Of a stretch of 64,000 nt of DNA, positions 48,901 to 63,900 are shown piece after piece; within the stretch, counting starts at the first letter, position 1, and each line of letters opens with the position of its first letter. This stretch comes from Balanoglossus misakiensis (taxonomy: Eukaryota > Animalia > Hemichordata): the NCBI GenBank assembly GCA_040954595.2, contig CM082587.2, positions 2,137,000 to 2,200,999 of the forward strand, read 5' to 3'. The translations under genes and the position numbers were made by a program. The notes beneath the pieces were generated by a model, which ran no database searches, was not told the origin of the DNA, and was given only the letters and a program-made list of their open reading frames with translations.

Positions 48901-51900
48901 TTCTGCCAATTATCCAGTGGGTAAAAGAGCTATATTTATACCCCTGCAGTTTCACGATGTTTGTCATTGCAGACCCACTACAGCAATACAAACCCCCTTT
49001 TTTGTGCAAAACCATCAGTGTCATATAACATTAGAATTCTTCTTCACAGAAATGCCAACAGTGAGCGTTAGCAGCAGGAACATTACTTTCCGAGCTGGTG
49101 ACAACATAACAGTGTCCTGCAGTGCAAGAGGATTCCCCTCGCCTAACCTGGAATGGAGAAAGGGGGACCTACCTCTTCACACCTCAGAACGTATACAGAT
49201 AACAGAACAAGGAGATCTGAAAATTTATAATGCTGCAGTGGAAGACAGTGGGTTGTATGCGTGTGTTGCAGTTAATCCTGCAGGCACTGATGGCAAAGGT
49301 GTCCATATTACGTACATAGGTAAGGAGAATGCTTATGTGTTTGTGTCAGATTTTCCCAGGTGTCAGAGGTTCTAAGTCAGCTCAAAATTACCAATTTGGT
49401 GACATGCCTGATCAATACTATTAAATTATCATTCATTTTCTTCGGATTAGATGCCTGATAAATCTGAAGAAACCTTTCAGATCATCCTGTATGGTTTTTT
49501 CTTGCTATGCATTTTGACCACTTCTTTGTATTTTGTGAACAGAGGGACCAAGAGTACGCATAACAGAACGCAGAGTTCTAGTACAACACGGAACAACAGG
49601 TGTATTACACTGTCCGGCAGAAGGCATTCCACCACCTGTCATATCATGGTACAGGAACGGTTTCCTTATCGGAGACGCTGGTTTCACCTCAGTTCGGCCG
49701 AATGGAGATCTGGAAATTGTTGGTGTGCAGGAAACTGATTCTGGAGATTACACGTGTATTGCTAGAAATGATGCTGGAACAGATAATGGAGTGGTGACCC
49801 TTCTTGTTGGTGGTGAGTACTTAATTGTGAACTAGTAGTATTTTCTGCCTTTATGTTTCCATAACTTTCAATGATCTAGGTGTTCTTTGGAAACCACTAT
49901 TTAATTGCCCGCATTTATTACACCGGTACACCTACTGACAATGTAATGTACTCCAGTAACCAGTCAATCAGTCGACTCTACTGACTCTACTCTTAAATGT
50001 TGTACTTGTAGATATACCCTCATTCCTACAACAACCATTGGATGTCAGGATAAACATAGGAATGAATGTGACGTGGCCCTGTGTTGGCTATGGATTCCCT
50101 GATCCACAGACCACCTGGTACAAGGTAGATGGCGACCTGGATTCCAATGAAAGAGCCACGGTTACAGCGGATGGCAGTCTATTTATAAGAAGTAAGGGAT
50201 GCTTAGATTCCCCTTTTGTCATCATTTGATTTCACCAGGGGACTTTGGTGGTCTTGAGACTCTTAAACCAGACACGTGCATCTTTCCTGGTACAGGAACA
50301 CCCACGTTACTTAAACACTTGGACTTAGACACATTGTAGTTGACTTTCTTGTATTTTGATTTATTAGATGTTGGAATGGAAGATGAAGGCACCTATGTAT
50401 GTGTTATTGAAAATGAATTTGGAAGGAAAGAGGAATCTGGGTTCCTGAGAATAACTGGAGTAGGTAAGGTTATTATAATCCACTTTGATGGTGGAGGATG
50501 GTATTAAAGCCCCAATAGCTGTCACTTTTTTGCATTATATTTATGAGTCTTCCTTCAGTCTTAGATTGGTCCATGTGAATATTAGCTTACTGATGGGTAT
50601 ACGCCAATTTATTATTAACCTCTGACTGTGGCTGTATGTTTAAATGTGAACAAGTTAGATAATAAATAGGTGCCACACCCATTTACTCAGACTCCCTTTG
50701 CAATTCACAGTGCGTCCAGTGATTGCATTCAGTAACCCTCAGCTGACAGCCATCAAAGGAACCAGTCTGACCATCACTTGCCAGATTCTCACAGGCAATC
50801 CACCACCAACTATCACTTGGTCGAAAGAAGGCATCGCGATCGACTTTGACAACAGTCCCTTCATGGAGCATGTGGATGATGGAAGTCTTGTCATCAGTGG
50901 AGTGGATTTGTCCCATGCTGGAGAGTACACTTGCTTAGCCTCGAACTTTGCTGGGAAAAGTTCTTTTATTTCAACTGTGTCAGTAATTGGTAAGAAGTTA
51001 TTCCCATCTTATTTCTTCATAAATCAGCATGCTTTTAAAAATAAATTAGGGTTTGTCAGCACTCTAAAATCAACTTATTGGTGCTGGAATATGAGCTTTA
51101 AAGACTTGTGGTCGGTCGATCTTCTTTATCAGATGCATTCTACTCGTGCATCTGATGAAGGAGACTACAGGTCTTCAAAAGCTCATTCTCCAGTACCAAT
51201 AAGTTGATCTTAGAGTGCTGACAAACCATAGTTTATATTGTACTGAAGATCAGCACGGCTACTATACTGTATGTGATGTAATCAAAAGGAATGTCATTAC
51301 CGTAATATCTTTTATATTTTCCAGATCGGCCAACCATTGGTGATAGCCCAGGGCATTACACAGCTGTGCAGTATACATCAGTGGTCTTAGCCTGTCCTGT
51401 TGATGGCCTACCTCCCCCACATGTAACCTGGCAGAAAGGTGGTCAGATCATATCCCGCAATGACCCATATTTTTACATCAGTGAATCTGGATCCTTGCAT
51501 ATACCGCGTGTCCATGCAAGAGACAGTGGTGTGTACACTTGCATGGCGTCCAATCCAGCTGGTGTGGATAGCAAGGATATTAGACTCAACATACAAGGTA
51601 ATGTCTGTGGCTTCTGTATGCAGATACCATGTTTTGGAACTCCACCCTAACGAAAATGTCTTATAGGACTCATATAAGATTCCTAAATGATGTATAGTCA
51701 TCTTATAGGAATCTTATAGGACAACCTGTCCTATAGGACGAAAACCTTTTGTATTTACAAGAAAGGACTGTCATTATTTGTATCTCACTGTTTTCAGGTG
51801 TTATAAAGGCGAGAGTGTTTTTGCTATTAAACTTGGACTTTATTTTCCAAGGATACCAAGGCTTCATCTTATTATTTTATTCTATCTGTTGCAGTACCAC

Positions 51901-54900
51901 CCTCTGTGACTGGTTTCACTGATGAGATTTCTGTAAAAGTTGGTTCTTCTGTGGATTTGCCATGTGAAGTGCAGAGCGTTCCTCCACCAACAATATCCTG
52001 GAGGAGAGGCGACCAGAAGATTTCCAGCAACAACCTACATTTCTCCGTCCAATCTTCCGGATCGTTAACAATTTCGAATGTGAGAAGAGAAGACAGCGGT
52101 GTGTTTACTTGTGTGGCAACAAATGTCGCTGGGAATGTGACCACAGAAGTCTTTCTCAAAGTCAACGGTGAGTTACATACATTAAAACCTGTCTGAACTG
52201 AACCCTGTTTAATCTGGAAACCACTACAGACAAGTTTTCAGTGTATAAAGGACATAGTTTTGACTGTATTGTTTGTTTTTCCAGTTCCCCCAACCATATT
52301 ACCTGGATCTGACGAAATCATTGGCACTGTTGGCAGTCCAGTTATCCTGCCGTGTGAGTCTGAAGGCGAGCCAGGGCCCACAGTTTCATGGACCAAAAAC
52401 AACAGAGGAATTGACGTCTTAACTCAGGGAAATTTACTCCTGGAGACAGGGTCTTTGCAGATTGCAAACGTACAGCCAACAGACGGAGGTGTATACAGGT
52501 GTAAAGTGACCAATGTGGCTGGGACAGATCAGAGAGTTGTGACACTTATTGTACAAGGTTAGTTGTCTGGTTCCACAATACAGGTGTAATTCCTGCATTG
52601 TCGGAAGATTATTTAAATAATCCTATTTTTCTATGCAAGGATATTCCATCACATTTATACCATCGTGTCATTATCTGGACTTCTAAACCAGCAAGTGTTT
52701 ATACTTTATTACAGAACCACCAATCATATCAGACGATATTCCCGATTTCATTGAGGCACCTCCAGGCTATGCAGTAGTCCTTCAGTGTCCAGCAACGGGT
52801 TTTCCGAGACCAGAAATCAAATGGCTTAAAGACGGTGTCGAGCTGGACAGCGAAAGTCAAGATATCAGAGTGTGGTCAGACGGATCCTTATCTTTCAGAA
52901 ATCCCAAGGAAGAAGATAGTGGGGACTATACTTGTGTGGCTTTCAACCCAGCCGGCAATCATACTAAGATCATCAAGTTGAAAATTCATGGTGAGTGCAA
53001 ACTATGATGAGGTGCAATGTAAAAGGCATATCACACTGACAGGAAGCATGTTCCGAAATCACAGGCATATTTGAACAGATTTGATGCCAAATCAGTTATC
53101 AATTATGAGTGGGAACTGTGTTATCTGTGTTCAACTTGTTTCTTGATATGATAAGCAGAGATATTGAATTACAGTTACAATTTTACTTTTTCAGTTCTTC
53201 CAACCATCAAAAAGGGCCCACACGAAGTCAGCACGATTGTCGATCATTCAGTTCTCCTGGAATGTGAAGCCAACGGAGATCCTTTCCCGACGGTCACCTG
53301 GAAAAAGAATGGGAGAAGACTTGCTCTTGACCCAATGACCATGCAGCAGTTGAATTCCGGGTCTTTACAGATTTCTTCCACAAGCAAAGAATATGCTGGA
53401 AGATACACATGTATCGCGACTAATATTGCAGGGTCTGCCAGAAAGGACATTGTGCTAATTGTCCTTGGTAAGTGGAATATAGTCTCTAAATCCCATTAGA
53501 CCTGCACTAACTTTGTGAAAAATGTATGATATCTGCGATAGCAAATTTCCATCATGAGAGCTCAGCAAACTGATCCCTGGCCTTTTCCAGTCCAAAACAT
53601 ATAGGATATACAGTCGTATGTTAAAAGAACCTTAAAAACTACACACTTTTGCAAACTTTTCTCACACCTTTTCGCCTGGTTTTAGAAGGCTCGATCGTAC
53701 ATGTTTGCTTGTTTTCCACATTTCAGAACCTCCAGCTATCGGAAGAGCATCAAAGTTAGTCGAGGTAGATGAGGACGAAAGGATCATTTTACCCTGCCCC
53801 GTCTCCGGATACCCCCGGCCAGACATCACCTGGTACAAGAACGATGGCGAGATTGGCTTTAATCCCGCAATCATTGAACTAGAAACTGGGTCGTTGATGA
53901 TAACCGTTGCACAGTCAGAGGATTCTGGAGAGTATAAGTGCGTCGCTGCCAATGAGGTGGGAAATGCCACACATATAGTACGGGTCAATGTACGTGGTAA
54001 GTTACACTCTGTTGCTCCGCCCTTCAGACTTTCTTCAAAGTGGTATTTGTCAATCTACTTTGGTTCAGTCTTTATTCTCTGTGATTGTAATGCAGTTCAT
54101 ATTACTTTCAAACTGGGTTCTTTGCTTGTGTTGAAAATTAAACACAGAACCAAAGACATATTGCTAAGTCATGTCTTTGAAAATTGGACCAAATTATGTA
54201 TCAAATATGTATCAGAGTGTTAACCAACTCTTGTGTCTCTCTGTGTTATTAACCTCGACTCAGTTGGACCAACCATATCTGATGGACCAGTTGAAATCAA
54301 CGTACCAATAGGCCAACCTGTAACACTGCCATGTGAAGCATCAGGTGACCCATCTCCAACAGTGACCTGGGAAAAATCCAGCAGTGTGATTTCCATCGAT
54401 GGAAAGTCTTTCCAGTTGTTGGAGACAGGGTCGTTGCATATTTCTAGTGCTCGACACGCTGACACTGGCAGATACACTTGTATTGTTTCCAATGTTGTCA
54501 GTACAGCTGTAAGAAATATCCAGGTAAATGTACAAGGTAGGGGATTCTTCAGATTACTTATTTATTACTTATTCACTTCTACAGCATTGTGTTCTCTACC
54601 AACACAGGGTAACAGAATAGTTGAAACGTGGAATTCGATGCTCATCCATGTGTATTTTATTTGAATGACTTCAGCGTATATATCTTGTAAGGAGATGAAA
54701 AGTATAAATTACATTGGCTTTGATACTGTAAACTGTTTGCTATTCATTCTTATACTACAGAGAGCCCAACCATCATCCCAGGACCTTACAATGGAAACAT
54801 CTCTGCCACAGCCGGGGATGAAATTATCATTCCTTGCAGGGCTGAGGGTACTCCAGCCCCTACTATCGAGTGGTATAAGGATGACCAGAAGCTCACTGGT

Positions 54901-57900
54901 TACGAGCCAGACTTGGAGATTAGAGAAGACGGCTCTCTGAGAATTTTCATGGCTCGTCCTTCAGACCGCGGAACTTATACTTGTCATGCAAGCAATCGTG
55001 GTGGAACAGTCACCTTTTTTAATAAACTTGTTGTCAATGGTAAGGTCCCTGTTTTAAGTATTTCAAAGCAAAGTATGAAGTGTCAGATTACCTGTGTCTT
55101 TGCCAATCAGTGACTGACTGAATATTATATTTCAGTTGAACCTTACATCACCGGTATTATATTGGAAGAAGTGAGATCAATTCTTGGAAACCCAGTAATC
55201 CTTCCCTGCGATGCCCATGGTGACCCAACACCTGTCATTTCCTGGCAAAAAGAAGGCGCAACGTTGATTGTGAGCGGACAGAGCAGACGGATCTTGGAGA
55301 CTGGTTCATTACAAATTGACAGCACTAGAGACACTGACAGTGGTCAGTATACCTGCACGGCTGTCAACATAGCTGGAGACGTTGCTAAAATTATCATACT
55401 TGTAGTGGATGGTAGGTATTCAATAACTTGGGTTCAGCTTCCATAATTTATTTTTAAAAATCATTTCACAATAATTTAGTTTTTGTTCTCTTTTCTTGAA
55501 TTAAGAGCTCACCAGATTTCTAACCAGTAAGGTATATCAAATACTATTGACAAAAGCATGGTTATAATGAGGGATTGATTGACAAATTGTACAGCCACTG
55601 TTGTAGGTAATAAATATTCAAATGACGTTTCATCACAAACTGTTCTCGCATTTTCTAGACCCACCCAGAATTTCTCAAGACACCTCGAGAAATGTCACCG
55701 CAGTTGTGAACTCGGAAGGTGTGTTGCATTGCCGTGCCACTGGCATTCCCAGACCACAGATTGTCTGGTTGAAGAACGGAAATGAAGTCAGACTATATGG
55801 CGATGATGTTGTACAGCTCAGCGATGGATCTCTGTACATCAAAGCTGCACAACCCATCGATTCTGGCATCTACACCTGCATGGCTTCAAACAGGGCAGGG
55901 AATACAACCATTAATGTTGACTTCACAGTATTTGGTGAGTTTATCATGATTATTTTGTGGCTAAGCAATTGAGACAACGCATGTCTGACCACTAGCTAGT
56001 GTGTCTTTTTATCTCTTCAACAGACAATACGGAAATAAGTAATTCAGAATTTATGTTGATACTGGAAAGTGCTTACTGAACAAATGTTTATCCTAAACTT
56101 CATATTTGAACTTTGCAATATGACTTTCATCGATATAAGAAGCGTTCTATCATTGAAGAGATGCATTCTCCTTCTTCTTCTTACAGTTGCACCACGTATC
56201 CCAGGTTCAGAGACCCCTACAGAAGTGAGCATTATCCCCAGAGGGCCTCCACTGATGCTGGAGTGCCCAGTGGATGAAAATGCTGTGCCTGTGCCTGGGA
56301 TATACTGGTTGAAAGATGGCACACCGATCAGTGAGAGACAACATGGAATCATGATCACGTCTGGAGGAAGGTTGCTACAGATAAATGATGTACAGATCAC
56401 TGATGCTGGCAGATATACGTGCAATGCAACCAGCCCGGCTGGCAGTGATTCCAAAATCTATGATGTCATCGTTCTCGGTAATCCTCAGAATTCTTACGTA
56501 TAGAGCCACAATACTAGTTGCCACAATGTACAATGTACATGTATATTTCCCTAATCCATTCAACCAGTGGTTCTTTGAAAGTATGATTTGCTGTTTCTAT
56601 TTTTCAGTTCCACCAAGCATCGACGATTCCGATTTACCCAAGCATATAACCGGAAAAGAAGGTCATTCAGTGACCCTAGATTGTGATGCTACTGGGATCC
56701 CTCCCCCGAGACTCACATGGTTGAAGAATGGCGTACCAATTACCCCAAATGATAGAGGTATTCGAATCACCAATAGAGGCAAACATCTTCACATCAATTA
56801 TGTGGAAGAGTTTCACCAAGCACAGTACACATGTCATGCCTCGAACATTGCAGGCAATGTCACCAGGATCATCAATTTTAATGTGCAAAGTAAGTGATTG
56901 TCATGTGTTCTTGAAGAATGACTGCAAACTGTACAACAGAAGCAGATTCCCGTATTGATGGTTATGCGTAAAAGGGTCTATAGACATACACAATACTAAA
57001 TCAAGAATTTCTTAGTATGTTATGACATTTTCTTCCCAATTATTGTCTCAACAAACGTTGACATTTCAGCCAAACCTGACATTGAAGGTGAAGAGACTCA
57101 AGTGATAGAGGTGATTCAAAATAACGCAGTTGGTCTGCAGTGCCCTGCTGATTCTAACCCTGCCCCAACCATCACCTGGTACAAAGGAGGCAAACGAATC
57201 TCACTATGGGAACGTGGAATGCGTATTCTCAGGCGCAACACTCTGCTGCAAATTTACAGCGCTCAAGTGGCCGACAGTGGAAGTTATTGGTGCGTTGCAG
57301 TCAACAGAGTAGGCAATGACACGAAAACTTTTGAGTTGAAAGTGTTGGGTAAGTAAGCAAGCAAATTTTTGTTCTTTTTATTGAGAAGTTCACAGTACAG
57401 GTTTTCGTGCAAGAACGCTTGACAGATACAAGTAGCTTAACCCTAATAAAAAAGTAGACCCAGTCTTGATATTCTGTTTCTTTTTTCTGTAGTCCCACCA
57501 ATGATTGAAGAAGACAAAACATACATAGCAGTTCCTGTGGACTCTGATGTCTATCTTCCATGCCAAGTGACGGGAATGCCGGAACCCAAAGTCACCTGGC
57601 ACAAGGGAGAAATCAAACTCAGTGCAAACATTGGTAGATACCTCTTCCATGACCATGGTTCCCTTTCCATCAATGCTGTTGGCATATCCGACAGTGGAGA
57701 GTACGTGTGCCATGCTTCCAACAAAGGTGGTAATGTCACAAGAATTATCACTCTGGAGGTTCACGGTAAGTATTTTTGAAACAAAATGTTGATTTATCCA
57801 TTGAGAAAAGGGTTAAACTTTGTTCTTTGTTTGCTTCCAGCCTGGCAGCTAGAAGGAATACTCTGAGACTCAACCATCCATCTTTCGGGAACTAAAACTA

Positions 57901-60900
57901 AACTTTGCACATCCTCTTGAAATCTTAGTGTGAACACACACTGCTCATAGCTAACATCTTTTTTCTGTTTCAGTTAAACCATCCATTCAACCCACTAACA
58001 CAGATGTCAAAGCTAACATCCACGACACAGTGACTCTGCAGTGCCCAGCTGTAGGTACCCCAACACCGATGATAATCTGGCAGAAAGGAGTGAATGTGCT
58101 GCACAGTGATACTCCTGGTTACAGAGTGGGAAGTGATGGATCTCTGACCATAGAAAGTGCTAAGCTCTCAGATGCTGGTTCTTACATGTGTTATGCCAGG
58201 AGTGTTGCTGGTTTAGATCAGAAGAGGATTCACTTAAGTATATTTGGTAAGTAAAAAATCTCTCTACAGTCAATCTACATTTGAAATTGAATCAACAGAA
58301 GCCATCTCATGACTATTACATGTAATTCTGAATGCATGTATGTGTATGTCTGATGTTCATAGCTTGCAATTCAAAATTCAGGCCACAATTTTGAAATGCC
58401 GTGTTTAACCGTTTTCCCTTTCTATCTATTCTTCACCTGCAGTGGCACCCACTATCGCAGAATCCTACCAGCATTACCTAGTGAATGAAAACCAGCTGAT
58501 CAATCTGGAGTGCACAGCCACAGGTACACCTCGGCCCAGAATAAGATGGCAGAGAGAACACGTGGATATCTCTGAGAATTCTATACGCTATCGACCACTA
58601 CCTAATGGCCACCTGCAAATTCCATTTGCCAGGGAAGAAGACACGGGCATGTTTAAGTGTATTGCTGAAAATGAAGGAGGTCGAGCTGAGCAGTTAATGA
58701 ATCTCCAAGTTCAAGGTAGGAATATACATTGTAGTTTTCTTATGATGGCTCTGTGAAAGTTTCTGTGTCTTGATGTAGAGTACAATTCAAGTAGATGCCT
58801 CCACAAAAAATGAATGCATTATGGCAGCTCATTTGGCGATGAAAAACTTTCCTGTCTGTTCTTTTTCAGTTCCACCCAGCATCGCACCGACCAAGCAAGA
58901 GTTCTTTGTTGATATCAATGAAAATATTGGCTTGCCATGTGTGGCTAATGGTATACCTGACCCGACTATTAGCTGGGCTAAGGATGGTTTGAGTGTGGAT
59001 ACAGATCGCTACATTGTCTCACGTGATGGAACACTGCGAATCTTGAGAGCACAGGTGATTTTTTCAACTATTCGTGTTGTAAGACTCGCAAAAACTTCAT
59101 CAATTCCTGTTCTGTTATTTTCTGGGATACAATGCACAAGTACAATACTTGGTATATGTCTTAGAATCGATCAAGTACAACAAATCCTTGCCCTTATCTA
59201 CATGTATCCTTTAGTCTATACACATGTACAATCATTTAATGGACTGCTGAGCTAAAATAATCACTTTTGATTATGTCTTCAGGAACAAGATTCTGGTAGT
59301 TATGTGTGTACGGCTATCAATGTGGTTGGAAGAGACTCAGTTGGAATGATATTAACTGTACAAGGTGAGCAACATTATGATTTCAACAAAATTTAATTTT
59401 CTCTTCACACAAGTACACATGAGCTCTCGTCAGACTGACTTGAATTCGAAAATTGTCGTGTTTGAGAAATGCAACTAAGTCCACTGTTCTCTGATTTTCA
59501 GTTCCACCCAGGGTTCAAGTCACTCCTAATGAACAGGAAGTGTCGGTCAACGGTAAAATTCAGTTAGAGTGTGAAGCTAATGGTGTACCAGAACCTGACA
59601 TCATTTGGCTACATGAAGGTATTCGTATACCAGGTATGTTTAGAAGTCATACTTTCACACTTGGAGCAATTAATACATGGGCAGACAATGTAATGATTGC
59701 CTGTAGTATTGTATCATCCTTCATTTAGGCTCCATTCTCGATTAAAGTACCAGGCAGACCAGACTATGCGTACTTATCTTAACTTTATTTTTAATATTTC
59801 ACAGCTCGCCGTGGTGAAGATGGCAAAACAGTTGTGGTAATCAACAATGCCCGTATGGAAGATGGTGGAACTTACGAGTGTTATGCAGAAAACCCGGCTG
59901 GTTATGACAGAAGGGTGGTTGGTGTAAGAATCAAGAGTAAGTTCAAACTATGACAAAATCAGAGCTTCTTAGATGTAGAAAGTGCTTACTTGTAGTTGTA
60001 TGCACATTCTGTCAATTTTATCAATTGAAAAATGGTGGTGGTAATGATGATGATGATGATGATGATGATGACTGTGGTGGTGGTGATGATAAATAGCAGT
60101 ACTCTTCTTCTAATTATGGTGTGTGCCATGTTATTCTGTATGCTGTTATACAATTCCTGACACATTGCTACCACTTAAGTCTTTGATACTTTCCTTTCCC
60201 ACTTCCAGCTCCGCCGATTTTCACCGAGGAACCGGACAGTAGAGTGGCCACCTTGCAAAATGTTGTGACGTTTCCTTGCACTGTTGGAGGTGATCCCAAA
60301 CCACATATTCAATGGCTGAAGAATGGTTTGCCACTGGCGTACAATCACAGATATTTTATGCACAACAACGGTTCTCTGACAATCTACAACACAGTGGTAA
60401 GTTTAAGGACCTTTACTTTTAGTTCACTCAGTAACATTTAAAAGAAGATGTATGGAAACAGATCATCATGTGTTTCGTATGTTTGGCCAGTTAAAGAGAC
60501 ACTATCTGTTCGGTATAGACAGGTTTCCAGATTAGACAGGGTTTGGTTTAGAAATGTTTTGCTCTTTAGATACTTATGTTTGACTGCTTTTTTTACAGAG
60601 TGCTGATACTGGTAATTATACATGTCAAGCTATCAATGAAGAAGGAAATATTTCAGTAAATGCTGAACTCAGAATCACAGGTAATTTATGTTTCTGTCAT
60701 CTCTTGACAAGGTAGCAAGGTTTCAAGTTTTTGCATAAGTACAGGATATAGGTACCTTGAGTTTAATTGCTTGTTTTATGGATCACTTTGTAGTTCGACC
60801 TGAATTCACCCTGAAACCACCAGACAACGTGATCGTTGACCTGGGAGGAATACTCATGTTAGACTGTGCTGCTAAGGGACCACCAGATCCAGCAATTGAA

Positions 60901-63900
60901 TGGTGGAGTGAAAATGGCATGATTGTCAGTGGGGAGAGAAGGCGCATTCTTGCCAACAATTCCCTGATGATCGTCGACGCACGATTAAGTGACGCAGGAC
61001 GGATTTCATGCATGGCGATCAACACCATGGGAGCTACAGCTGATGCAACAAATGTTACTGTTAGAGGTTAGTGTACAGGATATCAGAAAAATATCCTTAT
61101 TTCGTTCTGTTCATGTCTTCTTTGCGGATTGCCTATAGTCGTTTCTCTTGTATCTCGCCATAGGCTGTATGAGCAACAACTCCCTATAAAGGCAATGGGA
61201 TGAACTCAGTTCTGATGGTAAAATGATTGACATAAACCATTTTAAAGGGGCAAGCACAGTGCCCTAGGTACAAGGCATTTCATTGACATTTGCCGGGAAG
61301 TTTTTCTCAACAAACTTCCAGCCCCCACCCATTCAAACCCCAAAGTTATTGGATTTTGCTGATGCATTGTTTTTTCTCTTCTATCAGTGATTGAAAGCTG
61401 TTTGCACTAGCTTGAATGTGTTTCTTTTCCCCTGCTACAAATCTTATAGTGCATGGAGAGTGGTCAGAATGGCAGAAATGGGGGGCCTGTAGTGAAACGT
61501 GCGGCAAGGGTTCACAGATAAGGACCCGTACCTGTAACAATCCCCAGCCAGCAAACGGCGGTCGACCTTGCCCAGGCAAGGATACTGAGGACAAAGTGTG
61601 TAATCAGGGAGCTTGTCCCAGTAAGTGGTAAAAAAAGCAGCTCAGTATTAAGCAAGACCTGCACGCCATCATAATGCAAAAGGTGATTGTATTGATACAG
61701 ACTAATTTGTGTTGCAAGGTTTCTCCTCCTTAATCCCCTATAATAGTACAAATCATCAAAAATACTATTAAGTATTTTTTTTGCAATCACATGATTAAAA
61801 AAATACACATACCCATCAATAACAGTACCATTCTACCGGTAGTCGAAATTTTGAAGTCAGTAGACAAGAAAATATATGAACTGATATATACTTGTAAAAA
61901 AAAAAAAAAACAGCTGTTACAGCATTGCCAAACACTCCTGAAAAGAATCCTTGCAACATGAACATAGTCCAATGCAATCCTAATGCTTCATTGGCCTCAT
62001 GATGCGCATGCATGGCAACATGCAAGATAATCAAATAATAACGTAAACTTTCTGCTTGTGTGTGCTGCTGTCAATACCTTGTACATGGGTGTGTATAAGA
62101 GTTCATTGTTGTTTGAATTTTCCATCTAATGATTTTCATTTCATGTGCCATAGTTGACACACTGATGTAAAATGGACATATCATTGTATCATACCCCAAA
62201 GGTGTTCTTCAAGCTACTTATAAAATATCACTTTCACCAGATCAATATATGGTTCATCATGGTGGCTTCAAAGGTTTTTTTTTTCTAGCAGATCCAGTGA
62301 ATGCATTTGTCAGTCGTAAATGGTCATGTATCATGGGAGTTGGAAGCCATTACATACATTACTGTAATAATAATAATACTGTAATAATAATGATCATAAA
62401 CATAACTGTATCCCTTCAAATAAACGTGCATTCCTTAATTCTCATCCAGTTTTCTTTTCATCAGATGGTTCGCATTTCATGCATTCTAAACATGAAGTGT
62501 TTTATCTTGTTGCTGGAGATTGCATTTTATTTCGTGCATTTTTCAAGTACAAGTGAAAGCTCCATGTAGACTTTCATTCCTTCCTAAAGTCGTCTCACAT
62601 AGAGTCACTTTTGAAATATTAAACGATTTCTAGAATTTTAGAAGACCTGCTGCCTAATTTGCAAACTAACATCACTTGATGCATCTTTTAGTTAATGGTC
62701 AATGGGGAGATTGGATTCCATGGGAGCCATGCACCAAGACTTGCGGACAAGGTACAAGAAGTCGAACCAGGCTGTGCAATAGCCCACCACCACAGTATGG
62801 TGGCCGATCATGTCAAGGCTCTGCATATGACCAACAGCTATGTAATATTAAACCCTGTCCTGGTAAGACATTCTAATCGAATTGTTTGAGATATTTCTTA
62901 CATGAATGGCATGTGGTATGGTTTAAACTGCAGACATATTTCATATTGTTGGATAATTTAATGCGACATAAATCAAAATTGGTGAGTAAGGTACTCAGAA
63001 TTGATGTTTCAACAGAGAGAAGCTATAATCCTTTAATTTTTGGAAAACAGTAGAATTCATTAATTCACTTTATGCACTGAATCTGCATCTAATGTTCTAG
63101 ACTTTCTCATAGGCTTCCCCTTTGTTAGGTATGTGATGGTCAAATATCCTGTGATGTGTGCCCTCAACATTTCAGTGAAGCTGATCTGTCGAACTGGCAG
63201 TTTTGCAACACTGGCTCTCTGTCCTCTGGTTAGGGGCATCATAGTACAGCAGGGAGAAAGACCAGGGTGGCAAAGTATAGGCCACAACCACACACATCAA
63301 TCTATGCTAATTATCTCAATGTTCTTTGTACCATAGTTGATGGTTCGTGGGGAGCGTGGTTACCATGGCAGGAATGCAGCGAGACATGCGGAGAGGGGAC
63401 AAAGATCAGAATGAGAAGTTGTAATAATCCGGCACCAAGAGATGGTGGATTTGATTGTCCAGGGTTAGATACACAGAGCCAAATGTGCAAGATACGAGAC
63501 TGCTCTGGTAAAGTTTCATCATCATTATAAGCTCATCTCTTTTGGCCAGTTCGAAATATAATAAATATGCATATGTGATTCTTCAAAATCCTAATAATTT
63601 GGTTTGTTCTTTCAGTCGATGGAAAGTGGAGCTCTTGGAGTGGCTGGTCAATGTGTAGCAAATCTTGTGGTACTGGTGAGAGATTCCGTACGCGCAGATG
63701 CTCGGAACCTGCCCCTCAGAATGGCGGTAGATATTGTGAAGGCAATGACCAACAGACGGATTACTGCAACACAGATGGCTGTCCAGGTTAGGACACATTC
63801 ACTTGACTACATACATTTGCTTGTTTACCACATTGCAAGTTTGCACAGAGTTTGCATTGGCAAACTATCAGTCAGGCATCAGCAGCCACAAGAAATCAAG

